Origin: Octopus bimaculoides
Taxonomy: Eukaryota
Direction of reading: 5' to 3'
Length of the DNA stretch: 64,000 bases
Assembly: GCF_001194135.2 (NCBI RefSeq)
Contig: NC_068986.1
Span: 68,545,992-68,609,991 of the forward strand
Part shown: in pieces, positions 12,150-25,413 of the stretch
How the letters are laid out: the number at the start of each line of letters is the position of its first letter
Numbering within the stretch: the first letter of the stretch is position 1
Program-made: the position numbers and the translations under genes
The notes under the pieces: model-generated
What the model was told of the DNA's origin: nothing
Databases searched by the model: none
What the model saw: the letters and a program-made list of their open reading frames with translations, nothing else

Positions 12150-12499
12150 CTGCAAAACAAAAAATAAATAAATAAAGGTTAATAAAATGGTGTAAATGAG
12201 ATATTCAAACTCTAATAGTTTTTATTTGGCTGTAGGGATTATACTGTGTAACATGATTTTTGTCCTTGGGTAGCAATTGTTATTTCCTATTTGCTTACTC
12301 CTAGAAAGTATGAACATTTTTTTGTTACATTTATTCAAACCCCAAAGAATCCTCCTCAGCACATGGCTATGATTCTCCCCCACTACTCCTGCTCATGATC
12401 AGAGATGCACATATTGTCAGCCACTAAGGGACATGCTCAAGTGATTAAGGTCAAGCAAATGACAAGCAAATCTGTGGTATTGAGCAGAATATTTGCTAT

Positions 12500-12719
12500 A
12501 TAGGCGAAGGAGTGGCTGTGTAGTAAGTAGCTTGCTTACCAACCACATGGTTCTGGGTTCAGTCCCACTGCGTGGCACCTTGGGCAAGTGTCTTCTACTA
12601 TAGCCTCGGGACGACCAAAGCCCTGTGAGTGGATTTGGTAGACGGAAACTGAAAGAAGCCTGTCGTATATATGTATATATATATATATATATGTATGTGT
12701 GTTTGCGTGTCTGTGTTTG
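12500..12719 (+). mobile_element. SINE family A 5' half, running into a gap
   Basis: aggcgaaggagtggctgtgtagtaag...; reverse-oriented copies lie nearby at about 13340-13625 and 14785-15165. Confidence 0.88.
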
Positions 12720-14658
12720 NNNNNNNNNNNNNNNNNNNNNNNNNNNNNNNNNNNNNNNNNNNNNNNNNNNNNNNNNNNNNNNNNNNNNNNNNNNNNNNNN
12801 NNNNNNNNNNNNNNNNNNNNNNNNNNNNNNNNNNNNNNNNNNNNNNNNNNNNNNNNNNNNNNNNNNNNNNNNNNNNNNNNNNNNNNNNNNNNNNNNNNNN
12901 NNNNNNNNNNNNNNNNNNNNNNNNNNNNNNNNNNNNNNNNNNNNNNNNNNNNNNNNNNNNNNNNNNNNNNNNNNNNNNNNNNNNNNNNNNNNNNNNNNNN
13001 NNNNNNNNNNNNNNNNNNNNNNNNNNNNNNNNNNNNNNNNNNNNNNNNNNNNNNNNNNNNNNNNNNNNNNNNNNNNNNNNNNNNNNNNNNNNNNNNNNNN
13101 GTAGGTCACAAAAGCAAATTTTTGAGGGAATAGCAGTCATTTCCTTTGATTTCTAGATAAAAACAAATAGAAAATAACACTTACTGACCAAAGACAAAAA
13201 AAAAAAAGAATTTTTGTTACACAGTGTTATGTTTAAATAAAATTATTTCCTGAGTCTTTTCACAATTTAGTTTTATGCACATATCTTTATAGTTTGATTG
13301 ATGAATTATTTCAAAAATAGAGCACTGTCTTGAAGGGAGAGTTTAGGCAAACAAACCAACCCCGTTTCTTATTGTTTTAAGCCTGGTACTTATTCTATTG
13401 GTGACCTTTTATCAAACTGCTAATTTATGAGGATGTGAACAAACCAACACTGGTTGTCAAGTAGTGGTGAATGGAGACAAAAACAAAGATGCAGACACAG
13501 ATATATGATAGGTTTCTTTCAGTTTCTATCACCCAAATCAACTCACAAAGCTTTGTGTAGTGAGACTGAACCCTAGACCACATGGTTAGGAAGCAAATTT
13601 CTCAACCACACAGCAATGCCTACACCTGTATTCTGTTTAGGTGGGAAATGTTTCTCTTGTCAGCTTGGTATACTATTGAAAAGTTATTTATTTAATGGCA
13701 CGACACCATGCCAGTAACGAAACCTAAACGTGTGATTTATGAGTTTGAAAAGCAATAGGCTTGTCAATCCCTTGATATTTGTAAATAAGCACAGAAATGT
13801 AAAAGCTGTCAATATATAATTTGTAATGTTAGGAAGGAGCCAAAGAGAGAGCCAGCCATTCAACATAGTGATTCCACAAGCTAATTTTCATTGCTGAGAA
13901 CTAAAAAAAAAACATTTGAAGCTGTGAAATCAGCAAACTGGCAGAATCATTAGTGCACCGGGCAAAATACTTGAAAGTTCTAATTATAATGTGTTCGGTT
14001 CTATCACCTGTGCTAACAATGGTTACCTAAAGAAATACCGATAAGCATATTGCCCAGGGTGCTAACGATTCTGGCAGCTCACCGTCCTCCGGGCAAAATA
14101 CTTAATGGCATTTTGTCCATTTTCAAGTTCTGAGTTCAAATTCCACCAAGGTCCACCTTTCATCCTTTCAGGGTCAAAAAAAGTACTGGTTGAGTACTGG
14201 GGTCAATGTAATTGATTTCCTCCTACCCCAAAATTGCTAGCCTTGATGCAAATATTGGTTTCAAATTTTGGCACATGTTACTGAGTTCATGACTGGCACT
14301 TAGAGTAAATACTCCAAGTTTCATTCCACAGCAACACTATACTTCAAACATATAAATATACTTTGGCATACACACACATAGTATATAACTGTATCAACTA
14401 CTTTATTGGATGTTGTAATACCATGCTGATCACAATGTGCTTCCTTACGTTGTTTTAGCTTCTGAATGATGCCACCCCACTGGCTAGGCAAGCAGGCCAA
14501 CATTCCTCTTGAACAGAATGCCAGTCCATCACAAGGTTGTCCATTTACAGTGAACTAGAGCAAACATGAAATGAAGTGTTTTGCTCAAGAACAACAATGT
14601 GCTGCTGGTTTGGGAATCAAAACCATGATCTTGTGACTGTGAGTGCAACACTCTAACT

Positions 14659-15266
14659 CAGTGGTTCTCAACCATCTTTTGCCTGTGGACCCCTTTGGTT
14701 CCTATTTCACTCAGGTGGACCCTCATAACCATTCCATGTTTAACAAAATTCTATTTTATTTTTATGATTAAATATTATTAGGTAATACTCTTTTACTTGT
14801 TTCAGTCATTTGACTGCGGCCATGCTGGAGCACCGCCTTTTAGTTGAGCAAATCGCCCCCAGGACTTATTCTTTGGAAGCCTAGTACTTATTCTATCGAT
14901 ATCTTTTGCCGAACCGCTAAGTTACGGGGACGTAAACACACCAGCATCGGTTGTCAAGCGATGTTGGGGGGACAAACACAGACACAAACATACATATATA
15001 CGATGGGCTTCTTTCAGTTTCCGTCTACCAAATCCACTCACAAGGCTTTGGTCGGCCTGAGGCTATAGTAGAAGACACTTGCCCAAGGTGCCACGCAGTG
15101 GGAATGAACCTGGAACCATGTGGTTGGTAAGTAAGCTACTTACCACACAGCCACTCCTGTGCCTATAAGGTTGTTAAAATATTTTGCATATTGTAGAAGT
15201 ATAACCATTTTAGTGCACATGAACTTTGACAACAAAATCTTAATGGGTCCTGGTTGTAAACCACTG
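14659..15266. mobile_element. hAT (Charlie-like) MITE interrupted by a young SINE
   Basis: cagtggttctcaacc at 14659 and ggttgtaaaccactg at 15252-15266; a SINE family A copy occupies about 14785-15165. Confidence 0.7.
14785..15165 (-). mobile_element. SINE family A, full-length young copy
   Basis: Reverse complement of the 6072-6465 copy with high identity. Confidence 0.92.
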
Positions 15267-15464
15267 CAATAACCACCAGGCCACATGCTTTCTCTCTCTC
15301 TCTCTCTCACTCACACACAAACACAGCCTAGGAACATTCGTTTCGTCTTTCTATTGGTTCTAATTTTTAAATACCATTAATTTGCTGTTTCCTCATCTAT
15401 CATAAAATTTTCTCATTAGGATTTTTTAAATTATTATTATTATTCTATATTTTCAATAATTGTT

Positions 15465-15610
15465 TATGAATTCAATGATCATATTGATTTCCGATGAATT
15501 TAATGATCTTGTATGGCTCACTTGAATTTAATGATCTTTATGATGTGAGGTTTTTTTTTTTTATGAATTTAATGATTTTAATCATTTCTATGAATTTAAT
15601 GATCTTATGT
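15465..15610. repeat. Degenerate minisatellite with a tgaatttaatgat core
   Basis: About five to six copies of tgaatt(t/c)aatgat at roughly 25-35 bp spacing. Confidence 0.7.
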
Positions 15611-17895
15611 GGTTTGCTTGGTATCATGATAACCCTTTCTTTGCCTCTGACCTCTGTTGCTAATATGCAACAGAGACAATCTTGATAATCTGACATTCAA
15701 TTTATTCACCTTGATAGTCTCCTCTCCACTCAGTATTTCAGTCACTGACCAATAACAAGAGACAACAATTCTTTAGCCATCACAAAAGCAACCTGCCTAG
15801 AAGAGGAGCCATTCACAATAAAAACTAATATCTCTTTAGAGCACAGACTCTTTTGTTACCATATTTTCATGCAATGTCGTTATTAAACTGGTGTTTAGGA
15901 CATAAATTAACACAAAATTTTGATGGAAAGGTTTTTTTTTAAATTTAGCATTCAAATTACTCTATCAGATGTAATGTTTATCTATTCAATTTGTTTTATA
16001 CCAATCATGCATTGTCTCATAGCTCCAAGATTTCAATGATCTGATTGTTTATTCTTAGAATGACATTGTAGGCTAGGTGTGAGCAGCTGGATATGGCTGG
16101 TTTGATCATAAAACAGATAAAATATTTGGGCTAGATATGGCTGGTTTAAATGCTAAAGGGCTAAAACAGGAAGTCTTATTACACAACACGGGGCAATCAC
16201 AAGCAGTTTGGGATTGAAAGGGTTAAGATGCCTCATTAAGTACACAGCTAGTGGTTAGGATAAGAAAGCTACCCAGTTTAAAATACAAGTCAACATAGTT
16301 AAACAATCCCCCCTACAAGCAGCAACAACTTTCTTAATTTCAGGTCCACTGCTGTTGCTACTGGGGTTGAGGTAGATCTTGGGATAATGAATGGGTCTTG
16401 CAGGAAACATAATGAAAGACCAAAGCAAGTGGCAATATGCTGTACAACAAATCCATTGAACTCATGTTAACAAAGAAAATTATGTTCAAATGACAATTGA
16501 TAATGAAGATGGTAATCGTGTGAGTGCATGCAAGTGTTAATACAATATATATATATATATATAATGGGATAACTGTAATAGTAGAGAAGGACAAAACATT
16601 GATTTATTAAACAATGAATTTGTTTGCCACAAAACTAACTTTTGTAGAGGAGGGGTTCAATCTATTTATTGAACCCAGTAACTATTATGATGCTTGTTTT
16701 AGATAAAGTTGACTCCCAACAATAATTTAAAATTCGGAGCATTGAGGTGAGTCAGTTTGACTGAGTTGTCTTTCTCCAAAGCTCTATGGGAACGTGAGCT
16801 AACTCTGCAACTTAATGAAACCTTCATTAATTACTAAATGTTGCTAATGGCTACAAGCCGCACTTTTTTGTATGTAACTATTTTCAAGTAGGTTAATGAA
16901 ATCATTCAAAGTTAAGTGTTATAATTACACTGCAGTATCAGATAAAAAAAAAAATCAATCGAGAGACTTTTAGCCAATACACCAACACTTTATTATTTCG
17001 GTTGAGACTCCTGATTAACACAAAGTTCTCAAATAAGATTGATCAGTGATATTTGTACATCAAAAGTGGTGAGCTGGCAGAATCATTAGCATGCCAAGCA
17101 AACTGCTTAGTGGCTTTCATCCATCTTTGCACTGAGTTTGAATTCCGTTGAGGTTGACTTTGCTTTTCATCCTTTCAGGATCAATAAAATAAGTACCAGT
17201 TGAAAACAGGGGTCGATGGAATCATCTTACCCAACTCTCCTGAAATTGCTGGTTTTGTGCCAAAATTTGAAACTAACATTATTCATACATCATCATTAAT
17301 TTAACATTTATTAGAAGATACTTGCCCAAGGTGGAACTGAACCTAAAACCATGTAGTTAGGAAGCAAACTTCTTGACCACAAAGCCACACTTATATGGCT
17401 CAGTTCATGATCAGTGCTATTTTATCAATCTTATAAAGATGAAAGATGAATTCAACAGGACATGATATATGTCAGAACATAAATAAATGGTTTCAACCTG
17501 TGGTTCACAAAATCCTTGGGAGTCTGCAAAGGCAGCACTGGGGATCTATAAACTAAGTTTAAAAAAACAAGATGCTGCAAGGTAAAACATATAATTACTC
17601 ATGATAAGACTGATTAATTTACAGGCTCAAGATAAAACTGATATTCATGCTCATTATTTCCATCATCCTTTAATGTCCACTTTCCCGTGTTTGCATGGGT
17701 CTGACTTTGTCGAGGCAGATTTTCTACAGTCAGGTGCTTTTCCTGTCACCAATCCTCACCTGCTTACAAGCAAGGTAATATTTTTTTCATGGCCAGACAC
17801 GTTTTCCATGGAAGAATGGAAATGAACACTTTTGTTTGTATGATAATGATGCTTATAACCATGATGTCAAGACAAGGGTACACACACATTTACAT

Positions 17896-17935
<40 letters not shown>

Positions 17936-18299
17936 TTTCATCCATATTTGATGGTACTCCATCAGTTATGATGACTAGGGTTCCACTTGATCCAATCAAT
18001 TGAACAGCCTGCTGGTGAAATTAACATGCAAGTGGCTGAGCACTTCACAAACATGCGTACCTTTAACATAGTTCTCAGGGAGATTCAATGTGACACAGAG
18101 CTTGCCAAGACTGGCCCTTTGAAATACAGGTACTACTCATTTTTGCCAGCTGAACAACATGAAATAAAGTGTCTGGCTCAAGGATACATGTTGTGAGGAA
18201 TTGAAATCATGACTTTACAATCATGAGCCAAATGCTTCTACCACAAAGCCACATGCTTTCACCTGCTTACACACATGCACACTTACATCCATACATATA

Positions 18300-18331
<32 letters not shown>

Positions 18332-18847
18332 GAGATTTTTATCAGTTTCCATCCAAAAGTTTTTGGTTGGCCTGGAGCTATAGCAGAAGATACTTGCTCA
18401 CTGTGTTATGTAGAGGAACTGAACCCAAGAGAATATGGGTGAGAAGCAAGCCTCTTAATTACACAGCCACACCTGTGCCTAGAAACTATACAAATTTCAA
18501 ACTCATTTCCAAATCTTTTGATACAGTGTTTTACAAGTTTTTAAAACATGATTTTCACTTAGAACTCTCTGCCACTAAACCTGTAATTCAGAATACAATA
18601 ACAACAAAGTAACTTCAACTATCTTATTAAATAAGTGTTTTTGGTTAATACTGCTATTTATTTAGTTGTATATTCAGTTAGCAATATTGGTTCAAGGGGA
18701 GGGAAAGTGAAAAAAATATCAATAATATGAGGTCAATTCAATTGACTATGTTTATACTAGGAATCAATTAGCCTTGTGCTACTCAGAAGAAAACAAAGTC
18801 AAAATATCTGAATAACAGTCACAAAGAGAAACAGCTGGATCACTTAC

Positions 18848-18957
18848 CCGTCTGTTAATAACAGAGAAAACTGATTTTTTACAAAGCATACATTCAGATG
18901 CATCTGAATCTGGCACCCAAACTGGACAGTTCAGATCTGGTTTTTGCTCAATTCCTC
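18848..18957 (-). CDS. PLEKHF2: Phafin coding exon, FYVE N-part (GIEQKPDLNCPVWVPDSDASECMLCKKSVFSVINRR)
   Basis: Acceptor gcttctttttcag, donor gtaagt; 110 nt, phase 1/0. Contains the FYVE WxxD motif (WVPD) and the first CxxC. Confidence 0.96.
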
Positions 18958-20597
18958 CTGAAAAAGAAGCAGAAATGTTAAAGAGAAAAGGTGGGGTGGG
19001 AGGTATTCAATTCTATAGAAGTATGTGCTGATATGGAGTTCAATTTGTTAAAAATAACAGCTGAATCTCTCTCAAATCACACCCATTTCATCTTAAAAAA
19101 AAAAGGAAAGTCACATTGGATAATGTAGTCCTAGATAAACTTTATCTGAAAATTTGCAACTGTAATACCTCGGCAATAGGTCTGCTGGATAGATAGCAAC
19201 ATTTATTTTAAAAAGCTTAAAACACAAGCAATACTCAAATTTTAAAAATACATGGCACCACACATCACTGGTGTAGCTAGAGTGTGTGCCACTTGGGGTG
19301 ACCTTTCAGTTTTATGCCCCCATGCAAAAATTACAATTACCCACAGCAGATCCAAAAGTGGTGCCGTCCCCATAAAAGTGCTGCCCAGGGTGGACCGCCC
19401 CCCTCTGGATATTCTAGGGCCACACACCCCTTAAACACAAGCAGCACTCAACTAATGCTCCACAGGTGCTCCAAATGTTAGGCTTCACTAACACTGAGGA
19501 TCTCTTCATAACAGCTCGGACTGCACCCCAATGACTGGCTCTTCTCTTTAGGGCCTAAATATACTTCAGCTCCCAACAATTGCTGACACTCCACAAAACA
19601 AAAGAGAAGACCACAATGAAGTAAGGCTCCTACATCAACACTACTTTGATATACGCAAACATCCCAGACTGCACAGAAAGAAAGGGTACTTGATACCTCT
19701 GACTCACTTTCTCCCCCTCATCTTATCACCCATGTGATATCCAAACCCACCTGCTCTAGGCCTCAAACTAACTACTGCATATAAACCTTTCTCCAAAGGA
19801 CACCAACCTTCCACAATCTCTTTGTGTTTTTCCTGCAGCTGTTGACTTGCAATGGTTTAAGCAGAACATTAATGGTATCAGTCTCACCAATCACACACCA
19901 ATCCATTACACTCTGGTTGGTGCTCAGAAGGTCGTCCAGCCACAGAAACCACACTAGAACAGACAATGGAGCCTGGTGTGGCCCCTGACCTTGCAGGTTC
20001 TGGTCAAACTGTCCAACTCATGCCAGCATGGAAAACAGATGTTAAATGATGACGATGACAATAAAGGCTTGTTCACAACACAGTCATTTACAGTCGTAGT
20101 TTTGGCTGATGTCACTGATTTAAAATTGTTATGCTGACTCTCAATGTTTAATGTTGTCACAATCATCTTGTATGATTATAATTATGGAGCTACTACTAAG
20201 AGATTAATGTTGGAATAAGCTGATCCTGAATAATACTTGATTGTAGAGCTGGTTCTTAATGATATAGTTGCAAAGTAACCTTCAATGGTTATACCTATGA
20301 TTGTAATTTATGTATTTCTTCCCTGGTTATGGTTCTAGGTTGGTTGCTTGGCCCTTACTAGAAACAGCTGAAGCTGGTATTCATCATTAATTTCAGTTTA
20401 ATATACACTGATTGTTAAAGACTAAAACATTTGCTTTAATAATGGTAAGATGCAATGTTGTGTGAGTTAAGAAAATTACCGATGTGTATATGGTTTGGAC
20501 ACTTTAGTGTGCAGACTTCACAAGAAACTATTAATGTAGTGGAGAAATAAATCACATGCATGATTAAACTGAATGAAGGAGTAAAGTGCAAACTTAC

Positions 20598-20723
20598 TTT
20601 TCTTGATTAAATATGAAACACATTTGCGGATATGGGCCATCCACTCTGATTTTTCACTTGAAGTGGCAGCATAGACAACAAATGACTTCATCGGACTTAG
20701 TATTTTCCAGCCATTTCTTAAAT
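20598..20723 (-). CDS. PLEKHF2: Phafin coding exon, PH domain C-half (LRNGWKILSPMKSFVVYAATSSEKSEWMAHIRKCVSYLIKK)
   Basis: Acceptor tgtcttttgcag, donor gtaagt; 126 nt, phase 1/1. Contains the PH C-terminal helix EKSEWM. Confidence 0.97.
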
Positions 20724-20799
20724 CTGCAAAAGACATACAGAAATTTTCAAAAAATTAACAGAAAGTAAAAAATATTGAAAGAATACGATGGCAAATATA

Positions 20800-21180
20800 A
20801 GTAGATGAAATGGGGCTCCTCTGAAGGAACAATGGAGTAACATGCTCGACAGGGTGCATAGCTCAGCGATAAAGGAGTTTTTCCAGACTGAGTTACAACT
20901 TCTTTGTATTATGAAGTCACAGTAATGGTACAATAAACTTGTGATTAGAATGTTGCAGGAGAGAATCCTAAGATGGATTCTTCAAGCCAAACCATCCAGT
21001 AAGAGACCTAGGGGTAGATCAAAAATAAGACGGTTGACTAATATCTAATATCCAAGTATCGGTAACACTTGGTGATCCAGCCAGGAAGTGTAATGACAAT
21101 TGCTTCTGAGAGGAGGTGCCTGAGAACTGTACTCTGATGAATCTCCCAGGAATAGTGGGCAAAGAAGACAGATAGATGGA
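20800..21180 (+). mobile_element. Decayed RTE LINE 3' fragment beside the 20598-20723 exon
   Basis: VIRMLQERILRWILQAKPSSKRPRGRSKIR, the RTE-type R-P-R-G-R-P motif. Confidence 0.7.
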
Positions 21181-21553
21181 TAAAAATACCAACTGCTAGA
21201 AATAGCAGCTATGTATTTCTTTAATTATACTCTACAATAAAAAAAAATGTAGGATGCATTGTATTGAATGTATGAATACATTGGAGAAAAGATTTTTTAG
21301 TTTCGTTGGGAGCAAGACAACATTTCCAGTGCCCATGCTCTGATAAAATTGACCCAATACATTCTGTGAAATAGATGGACAGACTGTAGTAACCATGATC
21401 TCTGAGCTGTCTAGGACAGCAGTAAATTCTGAATAAGAACTGACTTGGACTGTGACAACTTGGTTGACTCATCCAAGCATGGAAAAATGGACATAAAATG
21501 ACGATGATGATGATGATTAGATAATGTAGTTTTAAGATACATTGTTTGATCAA

Positions 21554-21754
21554 CCCTTTAGCATTTAAACTGGTCATATCTGGACAATACTCCATCTGTT
21601 TTACGTTCAAACTGGCCAGATCTGGCTTCTCACACCTACCTTACAATGTTATACTAAAAATAAAGTCACATCAAAATCTCAGAGATACAAGATGAGGCGA
21701 ACAATGTGAATAAATAAGCATTATATTTAGCAGAGTAATCTGAATGTTAAAGGG
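21554..21754. mobile_element. piggyBac-type MITE (CCCTTT...AAAGGG at a TTAA-like site)
   Basis: tcaa|ccctttagcatt ... aatgttaaaggg|ttaa. Related copies at about 15941-16160, 36553-36769 and 60668-61021. Confidence 0.65.
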
Positions 21755-22500
21755 TTAAAAGACGGGATGGTCAAAACTGGAGTATCTTTGATCACAAGTC
21801 TGCTTCATCATTGTTATTTTGTTATCATTTAATCCCAAATCAGCAGTCACCACTACTAAGAACAACATCATTACCATACCACTCATTTATACAGATGAGT
21901 AATTCACAGCCGTTGTATCAAATGGTAACAGAACTGAATAGAATTGATTAGAAGAGGAGAGGAAACAAATGTTAACGCTTTTATTTCAGTACACCGAAGG
22001 ACTTCAACACTAACAATGTGTTTATGAAACAATCATTAATTAAGCAGAGCTCTTGTTATTTACAAACATAGAAACATCTAATCATGTTTTTCAGTGTGAT
22101 CTAACCATCACTCACTACTATGGATGATAACAATGATGATGGTTGCTGGCAGTAGTTGTGGTGGTGATGGTGGTAGTGATTATGATGGTGCTCATGATAG
22201 TGATGACAAGGAAGAAGAGGATGGCTATGGTAACACTCCTGACAATGATGATGTTGGTATTATTCTAATTTACTTCATTAGACAAGATATTAAAAAGAAA
22301 AGAATCAATATATCATACCAGAAAAAAAAAAGTAACTGGTAGAAGATAAAGTTGAAGATGTACAACATAAACAACATTACTCCTCTTTGCATCTATTTAC
22401 AATTTGATGAGTTGGAGCCAGAGGGGTTTACAATGAGTTGGCCATAACAAACTAATGACCTATGACCAATAGACTAACTCATACAATTACCATCATGTAG

Positions 22501-22779
22501 TTCACTAAACTTCTTTAGCTCTTATTAAGTGCTTAATAAATAATCATAATAATGGTTTCAAATTTTGCAACAAGGGCACCAATTTTGGAGGAGGGGATGA
22601 GTCGATTACATCAACCCCAGTGTTCAACTGGTACATATTTTATTGACCCTGAATAGATGAAAAGCAAAGTTGACCTTGGCAGAATTTGAACTTGGAACAA
22701 AGCAACAGGCGAAATACTGCTAAGCATTTCATCCAGCATACTAAATGCTCTTTTCTACTAAAGGTCTGAAATGTTGGTG
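22501..22779 (-). repeat. About 280-bp inverted duplication partner of 25629-25912 (SINE family B plus both flanks)
   Basis: Identity extends beyond the SINE into flanks on both sides (ctttagctcttatt.. and ttttctactaaaggtctgaaatgttggtg); few substitutions. Confidence 0.88.
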
Positions 22780-22944
22780 AGAAAGCCTTTACATGGGCTA
22801 GAAATAGCAACCAAATCATCTTCTAATCATAGAAATAGCAGATAAATCTGTTTTGAATCACATCCTGTTTCTTCTTAAAAAAGGGATATATTGGGTCATA
22901 TAGCCAGGCCTACTGAACTAAGCTAGAAAATAAGCTGGAATAGT

Positions 22945-23126
22945 GGCTGTGTGATTAAAAAGCTTGCTTTCCAAACATGTGGTCTTGGGTTTAAGTCTTA
23001 CTGTATGGTACCTTGGGCAAGTGCCTTCAACTACAGCCTAGGGTTGACCAAAGCTTTGTGAGTGGATTTGGTAGATGAGAATTGAAAGAAGCCTGCCATA
23101 TGTGTGTGTGTGTGTCTGTATGTATG

Positions 23127-23194
<68 letters not shown>

Positions 23195-23845
23195 AAATAC
23201 AGACAGACATGTAAGTATCTATGTTGGGTACCTTTGTGTTTGTCCCCTACCACTGCTTGACAATTGGTGTTGGTTTGTTTGCATCCCCCATAACTTCAGC
23301 AAAAAAGATCAATAGAACAAGTACCAGGTTTTTAAAAAATAAGTACTGGGGTTGATCTGTTTGACTTAACTCTTCAAAGAATTGCTCCAGTATAGCATAG
23401 TCCAATGACTGAAACAAGTAAAAAATGAAAAAATAAAGACACGCACAGACATGGCTGTGTGGTAAGAAGCTTGTTTCACAACCACAATATTTGGGGTTCA
23501 GTCTCACTGCATGGTACCTTGGGCAAGTGTCTAGTGCTTTAGTCTTGGGCCAACCAAACCCTTGTGAGTGGATTTGGTGGAAGGAAACTGAAAGAAGCCC
23601 ATCATATATATGTATACATGTATGTGTGTGTCTTTGTTTGTACTCCTCCTTCACTGCTTGACAATCAGTGTTGGTGTGTTTATGTCCCTGTAACATAGCA
23701 GTTTGACAAAAGAAACCAATAGAATATGTACCAGGCTTTAGAAAATAAGTACTAGGGTTGATACATACAATTAAAAACTCTTGAAGGCAGTGCCCCAGCA
23801 TGGCCATAGTCTAATAACTGAAACAGGTAAAAGATAAAAGATAGT
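22945..23845 (+). mobile_element. Two head-to-tail SINE family A copies
   Basis: Copies at about 22945-23430 and 23445-23845, each with head, microsatellite middle and tail. Confidence 0.8.
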
Positions 23846-24530
23846 CTTGTCTAGACGACATTTGATTTAGTTTGTCTGCAAGCAAAGATAACCTGGTGGG
23901 GGCTAAACAACAAGATTTATTTATTGAAAATTAGCATAAGACATATTGAAGCTGTGAAGCAGCAAAACTTTAATGAAAGTCTCCCCCTGTTTTATTGAAA
24001 TATCCAAGTCTTTGAAGACAGGAAAATAATAAAGCACTACAATGTGAAGTTGGTATACAAACAGAAATGTTTAATCATGTTATTGAGTGTGATCCAATTA
24101 CCATACACTATTACAGTGATAGCAGTGGTGGTGGCGTCTGTGATGACAGTGCAGGTGTTGCTGATAATGATGATGATGATGAAAATGGTGATATTGGAAT
24201 TATTGGAGTTTAGTTCATTAACTTGATATTAAAAAAAAATATATATATAAAAAAAAAGAATCAATAAGTTCTAGCAGAGAAAGTAATTGGTAAGAGAAAA
24301 TGACAAAGGCATTTAGTATGATGGAAGATGGAAGTGTAAAAGAAATTTAAGAGTGTACAATTTAAGATGTTGTGAGACAATAATTTCAAAACTGAATCAA
24401 CAAAGGAGTGGCTACATAGTTGCTCAACTTGCTAGAAAATGCAGCTGAATTCCCCTTGAATTACCTTATTATCTTTAAAATAAAGGAGGGCACAATTTGG
24501 ATAATGTAATCATGAATACATTGTCTAGTT

Positions 24531-24871
24531 CAGTGGTTCTCAACCAGGGTCCATATGGCTCCTGGGAGGGGATCTATATATACGGGTTTTGGGAGTTCAC
24601 ACTAATGAAATAGTAAGTTGGGGATCCACAGTAATATTTTAAGGACCCATGGAAATTTTTTGATTTCAATGTATGTATTGCAAGAAATAGCTAGGTTTCT
24701 TTCTCTAATGTTTTACATAATTCAACCGACAGAAGTGAATAACAAAAAAAGGGAACTTTGAAAGAAGTATATATAAAATTAGTTTTTAAACATTGAATGG
24801 CTATAGGGGCCCACCAAAGTAAAGTAACACACGAAGGGGTTCATAGGTTAAAAAGTGGTTGAAAACCACTC
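24531..24871. mobile_element. hAT (Charlie-like) MITE nested in a SINE-like repeat
   Basis: TIR cagtggttctcaacc / ggttgaaaaccact; 8-bp TSD gtctagtt / gcctagtc with central CTAG, typical of Charlie-type hAT targets. Confidence 0.8.
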
Positions 24872-25054
24872 GCCTAGTCTGAAAATAAGATTGGATAGTC
24901 ATGGTTGGAATGCTCTGATCATAGGTATGTTCAGTCAGGGTTGTTCTGGAGTTAAACAATAACAACAAGTTAATATAAATTCTTTACTCTATCAGTGTAT
25001 GTGTGTGAGAATACTGTGATGTATGGTGGTATGCCAATATTAGATTCATTATTA

Positions 25055-25413
25055 TTGTTATTACCTCTGCCTTAGCGAAGGCAGAGGTATTGTTTTCAGC
25101 CGTGTTTGTTGGTTCGTGGACAAGATATCTCAAGAACCACTTTGGATGGATGGATGAAACTTTCAGGGATGTTTGGCCTCGTGACTGGCACGGACTGATT
25201 AGATTTTGGGATCAATCCAGTAGTGGACAAGGAATCTGGATTATTTTACCGTTCTTTTTTACTTAATTTTCAAGAGCAGTTGGGTTCATTTTTAGTATTC
25301 TCGTTTGTAAGAGCGGTCGAGTTTATTTCAGATACTCTCATTTTAAAAATCTTCAGCTAATCACTGAGAAGACATTGGTGTTGCCTTGGCAGAGGTTTGC
25401 GCTCTCTGAGTGT
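25055..25413 (+). mobile_element. Helentron/HINE (DINE-1-like) non-autonomous element
   Basis: 5' hairpin tacctctgcctt-agcg-aaggcagaggta (25062-25089), 3' subterminal inverted repeat ccttggcagaggt (25384-96) and terminal stem gcgctc-tct-gagtg; T-rich flanks. Confidence 0.6.

Noticed and set aside
19440-19780. Possible Penelope ORF fragment (SLGPKYTSAP)
   Set aside because: Only one short motif resemblance amid stops; too weak to call.
22124-22342. Acidic 72-aa ORF and His-rich ORF at 26429-26713
   Set aside because: Products of GAT/GGT low-complexity tracts; no splice-consistent or domain evidence.
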